This document shows, piece after piece, positions 1-9,528 of a stretch of 64,000 nucleotides of DNA. How positions within the stretch are numbered: the stretch's first letter is position 1; every line of letters begins with the position of its first letter. This DNA is from a virus, in the IMG/VR virus record IMGVR_UViG_3300024317_000004, positions 8,418 to 72,417 of that record. One strand, given 5' to 3'. Under the pieces are notes generated by a model. That model saw only the letters and a program-made list of their open reading frames with translations. It was not told the origin of the DNA and made no database searches. The translations under genes and the position numbers were made by a program.

Positions 1-150
1 TTTGTCCAAAATGAGCATCGGCTACTTGGTTCGTTGCCCGGTTTTGAGGCCGGGTCGGGAGTTGCCTCCAACGTCGCCACCGAAGGGCTACAGCCGACTA
101 CATAGCATCCAAGCTGGGAAATACGCAAACGCAGGGCTTCGGCTGGCCGA

Positions 151-708
151 CTAGACGTTCTTGCTATCGTGAGAAGCCAGAAGCGGTGGCCGTTCCGCGA
201 TCTGTCGGTCTTCGATCACCATCTCCGCGAGCTTGACGAGCGTCCTCGGCGTCGGGAGCCTCCTGGGGAGGGTGAGGTGAGTTTCGCCGACCTCCTCCCA
301 GACGTCTTCCTCGACACTAGGCGCTAAGATCTTTGCATACCTGAGCAACTGGGGCCATTGAGGCAACTGATTGAGCTTGCGAGAGCCCTGATCGGAGCCA
401 GAAGGGCTCGGTGAGATCGGCTCGGGCGGTAGGCGTTCGCCCGCAGGTACCTCGGCGCGTCCCTTGATGGCCGCTGCTAGCTGCTCGGGCGCGAGCCCTC
501 CGTCAATCAGCTCCTCAATCTCCTGAGTGGTTGCGCCGAATCCAAAGGCGAGACCCTTCCTCATATTTGCGCTTCTGGCCTGACTCCTGCCTTTTTCCAG
601 CTTGAGAACGCCTTGGCGCCGCAGAAGTCCTTTTGATCGCTCTGCAACTTGGTCCTGAGTCAGCCCAAGCTCGGTTCGCAGCGTCTTGATCTTGTCCTTC
701 AGTGCCAC
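151..708 (-). CDS. XRE-family HTH repressor (CI-like)
   Basis: N-terminal HTH LKDKIKTLRTELGLTQDQVAERS...VLKLEKG; divergent from a Cro-like gene; start GTG 708 chosen, the track starts at 753. Confidence 0.75.
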   Translation of the reverse strand: MALKDKIKTLRTELGLTQDQVAERSKGLLRRQGVLKLEKGRSQARSANMRKGLAFGFGATTQEIEELIDGGLAPEQLAAAIKGRAEVPAGERLPPEPISPSPSGSDQGSRKLNQLPQWPQLLRYAKILAPSVEEDVWEEVGETHLTLPRRLPTPRTLVKLAEMVIEDRQIAERPPLLASHDSKNV

Positions 709-742
709 GTGCCAATTGGTACCTAACCTAGCTCTCATCGCA

Positions 743-793
743 ACGAACCTCATGGCACGAACCTTTTGACACGAACCACTTGGTTCTTATACT
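743..793 (+). promoter_or_regulatory. Rightward sigma70-type promoter with candidate operator repeats
   Basis: TTGACA 766-771, 16 nt spacer, TATACT 788-793; ACGAACC at 743, 757 and 771; palindrome GAACCA-CT-TGGTTC 773-786. Confidence 0.7.
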
Positions 794-801
794 TAGGGAC
801 C

Positions 802-1095
802 ATGAGTGACCCGTTGCCTTCGGACGGCGCGCGACTGCTGCGTATATATCTGATCAAAGTCGACCAAAGCGTTCCGGTCTTCTGCGAGATTCACCGGCTC
901 GATCGCGTGCAGGTTCAGCGCTACCTCAAGGGTGAGCGGGCGCGCATCTCGGTCGATTTCGCGGCCGCCATCCAAGACGCCACGAACGGCGAGGTCCCCT
1001 GGTATTCGTGGTGCTCGAAGACCCGGCGCGCCAACGACCCCGTTGCTGAGCACAACGCAGCTCGCCGGCCACGCCGCTCTCACGTCGCAGCCTAG
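802..1095 (+). CDS. Cro-like HTH regulator
   Basis: RVQVQRYLKGERARISVDFAAAIQDATNGEV resembles Cro/YdaS; divergent from the repressor. Confidence 0.7.
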   Translation: MSDPLPSDGARLLRIYLIKVDQSVPVFCEIHRLDRVQVQRYLKGERARISVDFAAAIQDATNGEVPWYSWCSKTRRANDPVAEHNAARRPRRSHVAA

Positions 1096-1392
1096 TCGAG
1101 TGGGGGCAGTCCGATGACAGCGTCCAAAGCGCAGCATGCGCATCATGCCAGCACAGCACGCACGGCCGAGCTCGGCAAGCCACAGGGGCGTGGCCAGCGC
1201 CACCAACGGGCGCGGTTCATTGCGACACTTCGCGCGCCTATCGAAAACGTGGGCGCGAGAACGGGGCATTCGCACGCCTGCGGTGCCTACATTTCCATGC
1301 AACTGGGTTGCAGTAGCACGAGTCTGGAGGCGTCATGATGGACTACGCCGATTTTCTGCAAAGAAAGCCGTGCCCTACCACGGACATTACAA

Positions 1393-1884
1393 ATGCAAAG
1401 AAAACCACGCGTAGACCTTATCTGCGCAGAGTGCGGGCTCGAGTTCCAGAGACTCGAGTGCCAATTGGGTCGTGGGCGAGGTCGGTTTTGCTCGAAGGCC
1501 TGCCTAGGAATGTCGAAGCGGCACGGAGATATCTTTCAGTGCGCGCTTTGCGACTCGGCGTTTTACCGAGCGCTGGGCGAGGCGGACGCGGAGATGAAGT
1601 TTTGCTCTCGCGAGTGCTACATGGACTGGCGGGCGCTCTATCGAAGCAAGAGCACCTATCCAAAGATAGGCGGCAGGCACGTGCATCGTATCGTAGCAGA
1701 AGCCGTGCTTGGCCGAAGTCTGACCTCAGACGAAGTGGTTCACCATATCGACGAGGACAGACACAACAATCATCCATCAAACCTGGCCGTCTTCCCCGAT
1801 CACGCAACGCATATGCGTTGTCACGCCGGGAGGATGTCCAATGCTGAGTTATCAAGCTTTTCTCTCCAGAAAGTCACAGCTTGA
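1393..1884 (+). CDS. HNH homing endonuclease with zinc-finger repeats
   Basis: CxxC...FCSxxC repeats; HRIVAEAVLGRSLTSDEVVHHIDEDRHNNHPSNL. Confidence 0.85.
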   Translation: MQRKPRVDLICAECGLEFQRLECQLGRGRGRFCSKACLGMSKRHGDIFQCALCDSAFYRALGEADAEMKFCSRECYMDWRALYRSKSTYPKIGGRHVHRIVAEAVLGRSLTSDEVVHHIDEDRHNNHPSNLAVFPDHATHMRCHAGRMSNAELSSFSLQKVTA

Positions 1885-3238
1885 TGGAGATTTCGGCTTT
1901 CCGCCGGCCTACTTGCCTGATCACCTCTTTGATTTTCAGAAGTCGATGGTGGAATGGGCGTGCCGAAAGGGACGAGCTGCGCTGTTCGAAGATTGCGGAC
2001 TCGGAAAAACTCTCCAAGAGCTGGTCTGGGCCGAAAACGTCGTTCGGTACACCAATCGCCCGGTCCTTGTTCTCACGCCGCTCGCAGTTGCCGCGCAGAC
2101 GGTGCAGGAGGGGGCCAAGTTCGGCATCGAAGTCCGTCGCACGCAGAACGTTTCGGACGCCGGCATCTACGTCACTAACTACGAGCGATTGCATCACTAC
2201 GACCCAGCCGACTTCGCAGGGGTCGTTTGCGACGAATCGAGCTGTCTGAAGAACTTCGACGGCAAGACCAAGGCTGCGGTCACCGAGTTCATGCGCACGC
2301 TGCCCTACCGCTTGCTGTGCACAGCCACGGCCGCGCCGAACGACTACGTTGAGCTTGGCACCTCCTCCGAGGCCCTCGGGTATCTGGGGCATCTGGACAT
2401 GCTCAATCGGTTCTTTGTGAACCAGAACAACACCTCGGATACCAAGGGTCGGTGGCGTGGAATGAGTGCGCCGCGCGCCTACGAACAGAAGCAGTGGCGT
2501 TTCAAAGGGCACGCCGAGCAACCCTTCTGGCGGTGGGTGTGCTCCTGGGCGCGCGCGATTCGCAAGCCCAGTGACTTGGGGTTCGACGATGCCCAGTTTG
2601 CGTTACCTGACCTGGTCGAGCGAGAGCACATCGTCAAGGCACGAGCGCCGCGCGAAGACCCGATCTTCCAGTTCGATCGCGGCTTGGCCGTCCAGCGCAA
2701 GGAGCGCCGGCACACCCTTGAAGAGCGATGCGAGCGGGCCGCCAAGCTGGTCAAAAAGACAGGCCAGCCGGCGGTCTGCTGGGCCCATCTGAACGATGAA
2801 GCAGACCGGCTCGAGGCCCTGATTCCGGACGCGGTGCAGGTCAGCGGCAAGGACTCGGACGGGTCGAAAGAAGAAAAGTTCACCGCGTTCGCTTCGGGCC
2901 AAGCGCGGGTCATGGTGATCAAGCCGGTTGTCGGAGCCTGGGGATTGAACTGGCAGCACTGCGCGCACGTGGTCGTGTTCGCAAGCTACAGCTTTGAGCA
3001 GTACTACCAGTGCATTCGTCGATGCTGGCGCTTTGGCCAGAAGCGTCCTGTTGTCGTCGGTCACGTGGTTTCGGACGGAGAGGGCGATGTGCTCGCGGCT
3101 CGTCAGCGCAAGGCCGCACAGACCGACGTGATGTTCGGCGAGCTATTGCGCCACATGCGCGAGGGCATGGGCGTTGCGCGCAGCGCGTACGGAAACAAAC
3201 ACGAGGAGGTGCCACCATGGCTGTGTTCGATCAGGTAA
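1841..3238 (+). CDS. SNF2/DEAD-like helicase
   Basis: DCGLGKT (Walker A), VCDESS (Walker B), TATAAPND, YYQCIRRCWRFGQ. Confidence 0.9.
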   Translation: MLSYQAFLSRKSQLDGDFGFPPAYLPDHLFDFQKSMVEWACRKGRAALFEDCGLGKTLQELVWAENVVRYTNRPVLVLTPLAVAAQTVQEGAKFGIEVRRTQNVSDAGIYVTNYERLHHYDPADFAGVVCDESSCLKNFDGKTKAAVTEFMRTLPYRLLCTATAAPNDYVELGTSSEALGYLGHLDMLNRFFVNQNNTSDTKGRWRGMSAPRAYEQKQWRFKGHAEQPFWRWVCSWARAIRKPSDLGFDDAQFALPDLVEREHIVKARAPREDPIFQFDRGLAVQRKERRHTLEERCERAAKLVKKTGQPAVCWAHLNDEADRLEALIPDAVQVSGKDSDGSKEEKFTAFASGQARVMVIKPVVGAWGLNWQHCAHVVVFASYSFEQYYQCIRRCWRFGQKRPVVVGHVVSDGEGDVLAARQRKAAQTDVMFGELLRHMREGMGVARSAYGNKHEEVPPWLCSIR

Positions 3239-4245
3239 TCACGGATCGTTATGGCCTCTATCACGGGGATTGCTGCGAGGTCATGGCGCGCCTGCCAGAC
3301 GCTTGCATTCACCTCTCGGTGTACTCTCCCCCATTTTGTGGGCTCTACCACTATTCGAGCTCGCCGCGCGATCTGTCCAACGCACGTAACTACGACGAGT
3401 TCTTTGAACACTACGAGATCGTGGTTCGGGAGCTGTTCCGGCTGACCCTACCGGGCCGCATGACGGCCGTGCATTGCATGGATGTGCCGAGCGGCAATAC
3501 CGGCTGCGACCATCGGATCGACTTCCCGGGTGACATCATTCGCATGCACGAGCGGATCGGATTCCGCTACGTCGCACGTTACTGCATCTGGAAAGAACCG
3601 CTCGGGGTTCGCAATCGGACCATGGCCAAGAACTTGGCCCACAAGAGCATCGTCGAGGACAGCTCGCGATGCTCGAACGCGGCGGCGGATTACCTCCTGG
3701 TCTTTCGTCGAAAGGGAGAGAACAAGATCCCGATTGTCCACCCGAACGGACTGACCGAGTACGCGGGCGCACGGGAGATTCCGAAGGAGCTGCTCGAATA
3801 CAAAGGCTGGACCGGCAAGCAAACCGAGAATCGGTACAGTCATTGGATTTGGCGACAGTACGCCAGTGCGTTCTGGGATGACGTTCGCCTTGACCGCGTG
3901 TTGCCCTACCGTGAAGCACGCGACTCGGACGATGAGAAGCACGTGCACCCTTTGCAGCTCGATGTGATCGAGCGATGCGTCGTGCTCTGGTCGAACCCGA
4001 AAGAACGTGTGCTCACACCATTCGCAGGCGTTGGGTCCGAAGTCTGCGTCCCTGTAGATCTGGATCGTTTCGCAATCGGGATCGAGCTGAAGGGCTCGTA
4101 CTTCAAGCAATCGGTGCGGAATGCAGCCGACTTCTCTGGGCACGCTTCCAAGAAAGAAAAGAAGACCCCGGGCAAAGCACGGACGGCTACTTCGCCCACC
4201 ATCGGCCAACTCGATCTGCCCATCTTCGAAAAGAAAAGCGCGTAG
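3217..4245 (+). CDS. DNA methyltransferase (N4-C/N6-A, beta class)
   Basis: HGDC...SVYSPPF catalytic motif, VLTPFAGVGSE SAM-binding motif; RBS GAGGAGG upstream. Confidence 0.9.
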   Translation: MAVFDQVITDRYGLYHGDCCEVMARLPDACIHLSVYSPPFCGLYHYSSSPRDLSNARNYDEFFEHYEIVVRELFRLTLPGRMTAVHCMDVPSGNTGCDHRIDFPGDIIRMHERIGFRYVARYCIWKEPLGVRNRTMAKNLAHKSIVEDSSRCSNAAADYLLVFRRKGENKIPIVHPNGLTEYAGAREIPKELLEYKGWTGKQTENRYSHWIWRQYASAFWDDVRLDRVLPYREARDSDDEKHVHPLQLDVIERCVVLWSNPKERVLTPFAGVGSEVCVPVDLDRFAIGIELKGSYFKQSVRNAADFSGHASKKEKKTPGKARTATSPTIGQLDLPIFEKKSA

Positions 4246-4249
4246 CCCG

Positions 4250-4663
4250 ATGCCCACCAAGTCCAAGTGGAAGCAACAGGACCTCTTCGCGCACAACCAG
4301 CCACCGGGGCACGCCGCGCCCAAGCCAGAGGTCAATGTTGCCAAATACGCTGGGCGTGCACTCGCGCTGTTCAAAGCCTTACGAGACCAGGCCTATCGCT
4401 CCGCGCTGACGCACCTCGGACACGAGGAAGCCTGGCGGATCACTCGGAAGGCGCACGAGGACTTCGCAACTGCTGTTCGGCGCATTGCCAAGGCCTCGGA
4501 CCTAAGGCTGCTACAAGGCTCGGTGCCGGCGTCTCTGAAAGAGAGTGCCGGCGATGAAATCGTACGCTGTCTGAAAGCCGCCGGCGGTGACGATCTTTCT
4601 GTGCAGGCTGCCAAGCGCGCGGTCGACACGCTGGACAAGCTCGCGTGGAGGAAGCTCGCGTGA
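4250..4663 (+). CDS. hypothetical protein
   Basis: ORF directly follows the methylase stop. Confidence 0.6.
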   Translation: MPTKSKWKQQDLFAHNQPPGHAAPKPEVNVAKYAGRALALFKALRDQAYRSALTHLGHEEAWRITRKAHEDFATAVRRIAKASDLRLLQGSVPASLKESAGDEIVRCLKAAGGDDLSVQAAKRAVDTLDKLAWRKLA

Positions 4664-4742
4664 CCCGCCTCTGGCTCACCCTCTCACTCTGGTTCGGCCG
4701 CGCGAAAGCCTGGTGCTCACGCAAGTCGCGGGAGGTGTCGCG

Positions 4743-4868
4743 ATGAAGCCGCCGCTCTGGCAATTCGTCATCGTGGTGATCGCGGGCCTCGTGATCGGCT
4801 GGAAGCTCGATGACTGCCGCCATGTTCGCGATCCGCAGCCGGCGATCATGCCGGGAGGGTTGCCGTGA
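4743..4868 (+). CDS. small membrane protein
   Basis: RBS GGAGG; hydrophobic stretch LWQFVIVVIAGLVIGW. Confidence 0.55.
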   Translation: MKPPLWQFVIVVIAGLVIGWKLDDCRHVRDPQPAIMPGGLP

Positions 4869-5110
4869 GGAAGCCGTCGGATCCAAACTGGGAGCAGTCA
4901 CTGCGGTACACTGTCCGTCTTCGCTGGTCCGAAGAGGACGGCGAGTTCATCGCAACCTGCGAGGAATTCCCGAGCCTGTCGTTTCTTCACACAGATCAGT
5001 GGTACGCGCTGAGTGGCCTGCGCAAGCTGATCTGCGACGTATTGCGAGATATGCGGACCGCGGGAGAAACGCCGCCACAACCGGCGATCGCGCCAGGGGG
5101 GCTGCCATGA
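4865..5110 (+). CDS. HicB-like N-terminal domain protein
   Basis: YTVRLRWSEEDGEFIATCEEFPSLS pattern typical of HicB family; no adjacent HicA seen. Confidence 0.65.
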   Translation: MRKPSDPNWEQSLRYTVRLRWSEEDGEFIATCEEFPSLSFLHTDQWYALSGLRKLICDVLRDMRTAGETPPQPAIAPGGLP

Positions 5111-5242
5111 AGTTCGCGCTCAACCTGCTCCACCACCTCGCGTACCGCGGCTACCGGCTGTGTCGGTACAGGCCGTCGCGAGAGATCTTCTTACGCGTCA
5201 TGCAGTGGGTCTGGCTTGAGCAGATCCGTAGAGCGAGCCGCC

Positions 5243-5440
5243 ATGACTAACCGCGAACTCCGCATCGTCGCCATCCAAGTCGACGGCCTCGCGCACTACG
5301 ACGTGCGGTACTGGCGCCGCCGTGGCCCGCTGTTTGTGCCGGAGAAACGCTACGTCGTGATCGACGGGCGGGACCTGGACGCGTTGGTGCACGGCCTGTG
5401 GCAGGTGCAGCGAGCGATGGCGGCACTCGGGAGGCGCTAA
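5243..5440 (+). CDS. hypothetical protein
   Basis: short ORF in a chain of overlapping start/stop codons. Confidence 0.5.
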   Translation: MTNRELRIVAIQVDGLAHYDVRYWRRRGPLFVPEKRYVVIDGRDLDALVHGLWQVQRAMAALGRR

Positions 5441-5646
5441 TGATTGACGCGCCTGTAATCAAACTTCGTTGCGGGAACGACATCGCGAGACCTGATCCGA
5501 GTGCCGGACATCTTCGCGTGGACATTGGACAGCCGATTGCTCCGGGCGTTCTGAGTCGCCTGCTCCGGGTGCTCGACAAGTGCCCATGCGGTTGCGTGAT
5601 GGCCTTCCTGCGCGACGGCGAGCGCGATCCGTGGGGGCAGACGTAA
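5440..5646 (+). CDS. hypothetical protein
   Basis: TAATG overlaps at both ends. Confidence 0.5.
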   Translation: MIDAPVIKLRCGNDIARPDPSAGHLRVDIGQPIAPGVLSRLLRVLDKCPCGCVMAFLRDGERDPWGQT

Positions 5647-5882
5647 TGGCCGGCTGGAATCGCTACATCCCTGGTAGCAGGGCACGGCATCCGGCGCTGA
5701 CGAATCGCGAGGAGCTACTCCGCGTGCTCGACCGATACGACTGGCAACCGACGCTTGCCGCGAAGTCCATGGGTATCTCCAGGGTCACGGTGGTGCGCCG
5801 GCTCAAGGAACTCGCGCCCGATGTGGTCGCAGCGAAACAAGCGCAGGGCCTGCTGCTTGGAAGGGATGGCAAGGCGCTGTGA
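5646..5882 (+). CDS. Fis-type HTH protein
   Basis: LLRVLDRYDWQPTLAAKSMGISRVTVVRRLKEL. Confidence 0.7.
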   Translation: MAGWNRYIPGSRARHPALTNREELLRVLDRYDWQPTLAAKSMGISRVTVVRRLKELAPDVVAAKQAQGLLLGRDGKAL

Positions 5883-6241
5883 GCTGGCGTGTGGACATCG
5901 ATGGCATGCGGTTGCGCTCGCTTAATGAACTCTTACGCATGAACCCCAAGGCTCGCGCACGGCTGGTGGCCAAGGAGCGTGAGCAAGTGTGCGTCATGCT
6001 GCTGGGCAAGATCGGGCTGACACCGCCGCGGTTGCCGCTTGTGGTGACGATCGTGCGCATCGGGCCCAAGGCGCTCGATGGCGACAATCTGCAGGGTAGC
6101 GCGAAGGGTGTGCGGGACGAAGTCGCGAGGTACTTGGGTGTCGACGATGCGGACACTGAGACGCGCGTGACGTGGCGGTACGCGCAGGAGAAGTCGCGAG
6201 GGTACGGGGTGCGGGTGGAGATTGCGGAGGAGGGTCGTTAA
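5879..6241 (+). CDS. RusA-like Holliday junction resolvase
   Basis: LDGDNLQGSAKGVRDEVARYLGVDD acidic motif. Confidence 0.7.
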   Translation: MSWRVDIDGMRLRSLNELLRMNPKARARLVAKEREQVCVMLLGKIGLTPPRLPLVVTIVRIGPKALDGDNLQGSAKGVRDEVARYLGVDDADTETRVTWRYAQEKSRGYGVRVEIAEEGR

Positions 6242-7077
6242 TGAAACACAGGAATCGTTTCTCTCAACCCAGGCCAGTGTCGTCGCCAACGAACGCCATG
6301 AAGGCAATGCTTCTGGATGCGCGAGAGGCCATGCAGAAGTACTACGAAGCCGAGATTGATCGCGGGAATCGTAACGAATGGATCGCGTTTATCATCGCGC
6401 AGAACGACGCTTGTACCAGGCTCTGTATGCCCATTGAGAAGGCGCCACCAGAATTGAGGGGGAGTCTCATCAAAACGAAGCACGGAGACGCGCTGGTTGC
6501 CTCAATCCCATCGCTAGTCTTCGACAATCCAGCCGTTCTTGAGCATCCATACTTTTCGCCGATCAGGAAGCTCAATCGGAGCGCAATCGGCAACGACCTT
6601 CTGGTTTGTGTCTACGCATTCGGCCAGGTGTTCGCTGGAGCGCTCAAACGAGACTTCGGAATCATGTTGCTCCGACTCGGAATGGACCAACGGCAGGCAG
6701 ATATGATGGAGGAATTCCACCAAAAGATGATCCCCAATCTCCGTCAGATGCTAGTGATTGATTCCAGAGAGCTTGGCATTCCGCCAAATCAGGTCGCCTA
6801 CTACATCGGCGTGGCTCGGAGTCGCGACGGGAGAATCTCTCTCACTCGGACCGACTTTGAAACCTCGTCAGGAGAGATCCTGACCTTTGCCGATACCTAT
6901 TCGCTAGACCGACTCAGAAAGGTGTTTTCGGAGGAATTCCCCGTGACGCGCGAAGCTTTGGAGTTACCGGTCGAGAGTGGATACTTTCGAGTATTCGCCC
7001 AGTTCCTGGGCATGCTGAACGTCTGCGACTTCCCGATTGTCGAGATTCCGCCGCATCGAGGCGCACGTGCACATTGA
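6241..7077 (+). CDS. hypothetical protein
   Basis: 278-codon ORF, appears less GC-rich than its neighbours. Confidence 0.6.
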   Translation: MKHRNRFSQPRPVSSPTNAMKAMLLDAREAMQKYYEAEIDRGNRNEWIAFIIAQNDACTRLCMPIEKAPPELRGSLIKTKHGDALVASIPSLVFDNPAVLEHPYFSPIRKLNRSAIGNDLLVCVYAFGQVFAGALKRDFGIMLLRLGMDQRQADMMEEFHQKMIPNLRQMLVIDSRELGIPPNQVAYYIGVARSRDGRISLTRTDFETSSGEILTFADTYSLDRLRKVFSEEFPVTREALELPVESGYFRVFAQFLGMLNVCDFPIVEIPPHRGARAH

Positions 7078-7199
7078 TTGCGCGACCACAGAAACAAACG
7101 GCCCGGATGCAGGAACATCCGAGCCGCTACACGAGGAACAGTGAGTCGAATGGATAGCAGTGAGAGGCCTGAGAAGCAAGTGCGGAGGGCAAGCGAGCC

Positions 7200-7625
7200 G
7201 TGAACCGAAGGAAGCATGTAGATCCGATTCGAGCTCGCGCAATGCCTCTGGAGCGGTTCCCGAGTGACATGCGCGAGAGAATCATGGATCTCGTCGCGCT
7301 CCCGTACCCTCCAGCGCGCTGGATCTACGTATGCGACGGACTCGCCGCGTTGCCGTCTCGTGCCTGGTACGAATGGTACTGGCAACGTGGCCTTCGTCCA
7401 GAGCGCGAAAGAATCCCGGAGACGCTACGAATCGCTGTCATCGAGCGCGATGGGACCGTGTGTGGCATCTGCAATGGACGTGTCCCGCGCGATGACGTTC
7501 ACATTGATCACATTACGCCGGTAGTTCGCGGTGGCCCAACGACACTCAAGAATCTTCGAGTCACGCACTCGCGCTGCAACCTCCGCAAGGGAGCGCGCGC
7601 TCCAGAGGAGTGTGAGCGCCCGTGA
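7200..7625 (+). CDS. HNH endonuclease
   Basis: CGIC...HIDHITPVVRGG...NLRVTHSRCN. Confidence 0.85.
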   Translation: MNRRKHVDPIRARAMPLERFPSDMRERIMDLVALPYPPARWIYVCDGLAALPSRAWYEWYWQRGLRPERERIPETLRIAVIERDGTVCGICNGRVPRDDVHIDHITPVVRGGPTTLKNLRVTHSRCNLRKGARAPEECERP

Positions 7626-8770
7626 AGTACAAGCATCAAACTTGGCGTAAATTGTACATCAAGGAAGAGGGTGCTTTTGCGAAGCTCCCGTTCACCGCAC
7701 GTGCCTACGCGAAACAGCTCATGCTTCTCTGTGATGGTGCGGGTCGGATTCATGTGGGCAATGGAGACGACTGCGTCAAGCTACTCGTAGAGACGGCTGG
7801 ATTCCGTATCGGTGCCACGCGTGGAGACCGTCGGATGATGAGCACGATGTTCCCTATGCTCTTCGAAGAGGGCTACCTGGTTCATCGAAGTCCTTACGTT
7901 GTCATTCGAAACTTTGTAGCAGCTCAGCGCAAGTGGTCCGACGACGAAGAACAACCCCCCGGCTCTGACGATTCGTCCACGATCGTTCCACCATCCAGCA
8001 ATGAAGCTGCAGCGAACCCACCACGAACCGGTAATGAAGCTGCAACGACCGAGCAACGACCGAGCAATGACGGTGCAACGAACGGGGAACGAACGGGGAA
8101 CGAACCGACCACTGAACAAGAGCTAAGTACGCTAAATCATTCAGATGACGTTGCTAGCGCGCACACGCGCGCGCTCAGTTCTGATCTGAGTAGTTCTGAT
8201 CTGAGTAGTTTTGAGATGAAGGGGGTGCAGGGGGAACAACAGCAGCCGATCGATAAGCCAGAGACCGATCCGGCAATCACTCCGGCATCTGGCGATGCCT
8301 CCGCGCCGCACAAAAAAACAAAGCGCCGAAAGCCCAAAGCCCCTGCCCCGGAAGTCCCGATCCCTGAACCGGGCACGGTTGCCAGGTCAGTCTACGACGC
8401 GATCGTTAACGACCCGATCCTGGGACCGATCACGGCAGGCCCTGCTGACTTCGCCGTACGCATCACTCACCCGGACGCATACCCAGGCGTCAACGTGCTG
8501 GCGGAAGTCCTACGCGCCGCAGAGCACTACGCTCGCGGCAAGCGGGTCTACACCGATGGCCGCAGAACGCTTGCCAACTGGCTTCGCGGCGAGGCCGAAA
8601 AAGAAGCCAGTCGGCCCAAGCCAACTCCGAACCAACTAGCGCTTGGAGCCAAGAAAACCAAAGGCCCGCTTGATCCAGCACCCGCGAGCAAGTTCACGCG
8701 ACCCGGCGAATCGTACGACCCGTTCAGTTTGTACAACGCCGATGGCAGCCCGAAGGGAGCGACGCAGTGA
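7622..8770 (+). CDS. phage replication initiator protein
   Basis: upstream of a DnaC-like ATPase; low-complexity middle containing DNA repeats. Confidence 0.65.
   Translation: MKYKHQTWRKLYIKEEGAFAKLPFTARAYAKQLMLLCDGAGRIHVGNGDDCVKLLVETAGFRIGATRGDRRMMSTMFPMLFEEGYLVHRSPYVVIRNFVAAQRKWSDDEEQPPGSDDSSTIVPPSSNEAAANPPRTGNEAATTEQRPSNDGATNGERTGNEPTTEQELSTLNHSDDVASAHTRALSSDLSSSDLSSFEMKGVQGEQQQPIDKPETDPAITPASGDASAPHKKTKRRKPKAPAPEVPIPEPGTVARSVYDAIVNDPILGPITAGPADFAVRITHPDAYPGVNVLAEVLRAAEHYARGKRVYTDGRRTLANWLRGEAEKEASRPKPTPNQLALGAKKTKGPLDPAPASKFTRPGESYDPFSLYNADGSPKGATQ
7998..8208 (+). repeat. iteron-like repeats, probable replication origin
   Basis: AATGAAGCTGCA repeats, tandem AACGAACGGGG, tandem TCTGATCTGAGTAGT inside the initiator gene. 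Confidence 0.6.
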
Positions 8771-9528
8771 GCGACCCCAAGCCCCTCTCGGAACTAATCG
8801 CCCTGATGGAACGTGTGTTTCAGAAGGCCGCGGAGTTGGACCAGACGCCAGAGGGTCAGGCCCATCGCGCTACGTACTTCGCCGGCGAAACACGACGACG
8901 TCAGCAGCAGTTGATTACAGCAGCGGAAGAGCGGGGCATTCCCTGCGAGGCTAGCATTCGGAACGTACTGCTTCAGGAACAACCCTTCCCGACGCAAGCC
9001 ATGACTGCAGTTCAGCGAGCACTGCAGTGGCGTCTTGACCAACCAACAGCCGCCGGATCCCGTCAGCCAGTCTGTATTGTGCTGGGTGGACCTCCGGGGA
9101 ACGGGAAAACCACGGCGCTGTCATGGGCCGTGGCACGTCACGACAGACCCGCGACCTATGTCACCTCTGCGGTGATTGCATCCACCCTGCGCAACGGATG
9201 GAGTGAGAACGAAGAGCGCTGGCGACGTTGGGGATCAGTAGATCTTCTCGCCGTCGACGAGTTGGGTCTGGAGGACGGCAGCGAAGGGGCGGCACGAGTA
9301 GGCGCGCTCATCGCCCAGCGCAATGACCATGGCCGCGCGACGTTCTGCGCTGGCAATCTCGACGCGCCGACCTTCATCGCACGCTACGGAAACACCCGGC
9401 TCAACTCACGACTGCGCTACGGACAGTCCCGCAACGGAGACGCGAACGGTCTTCCGTGGTGGACCGATCTTAGCGACTGCGATCTACGCAACCCTGCCAA
9501 CCGATCCGCTTTCATGGAGCAACCGTGA
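8767..9528 (+). CDS. DnaC/IstB-like AAA+ helicase loader
   Basis: GPPGNGKT, LLAVDELG. Confidence 0.85.
   Translation: MSDPKPLSELIALMERVFQKAAELDQTPEGQAHRATYFAGETRRRQQQLITAAEERGIPCEASIRNVLLQEQPFPTQAMTAVQRALQWRLDQPTAAGSRQPVCIVLGGPPGNGKTTALSWAVARHDRPATYVTSAVIASTLRNGWSENEERWRRWGSVDLLAVDELGLEDGSEGAARVGALIAQRNDHGRATFCAGNLDAPTFIARYGNTRLNSRLRYGQSRNGDANGLPWWTDLSDCDLRNPANRSAFMEQP

Noticed and set aside
1368-1873. Group I intron in the helicase gene
   Set aside because: The HNH ORF fills almost the whole insert, leaving no room for a ribozyme core, and a replacement RBS and start exist.
3448-4374. 308-aa minus-strand ORF and similar long antisense ORFs elsewhere
   Set aside because: Shadows of well-supported genes, common in high-GC DNA.
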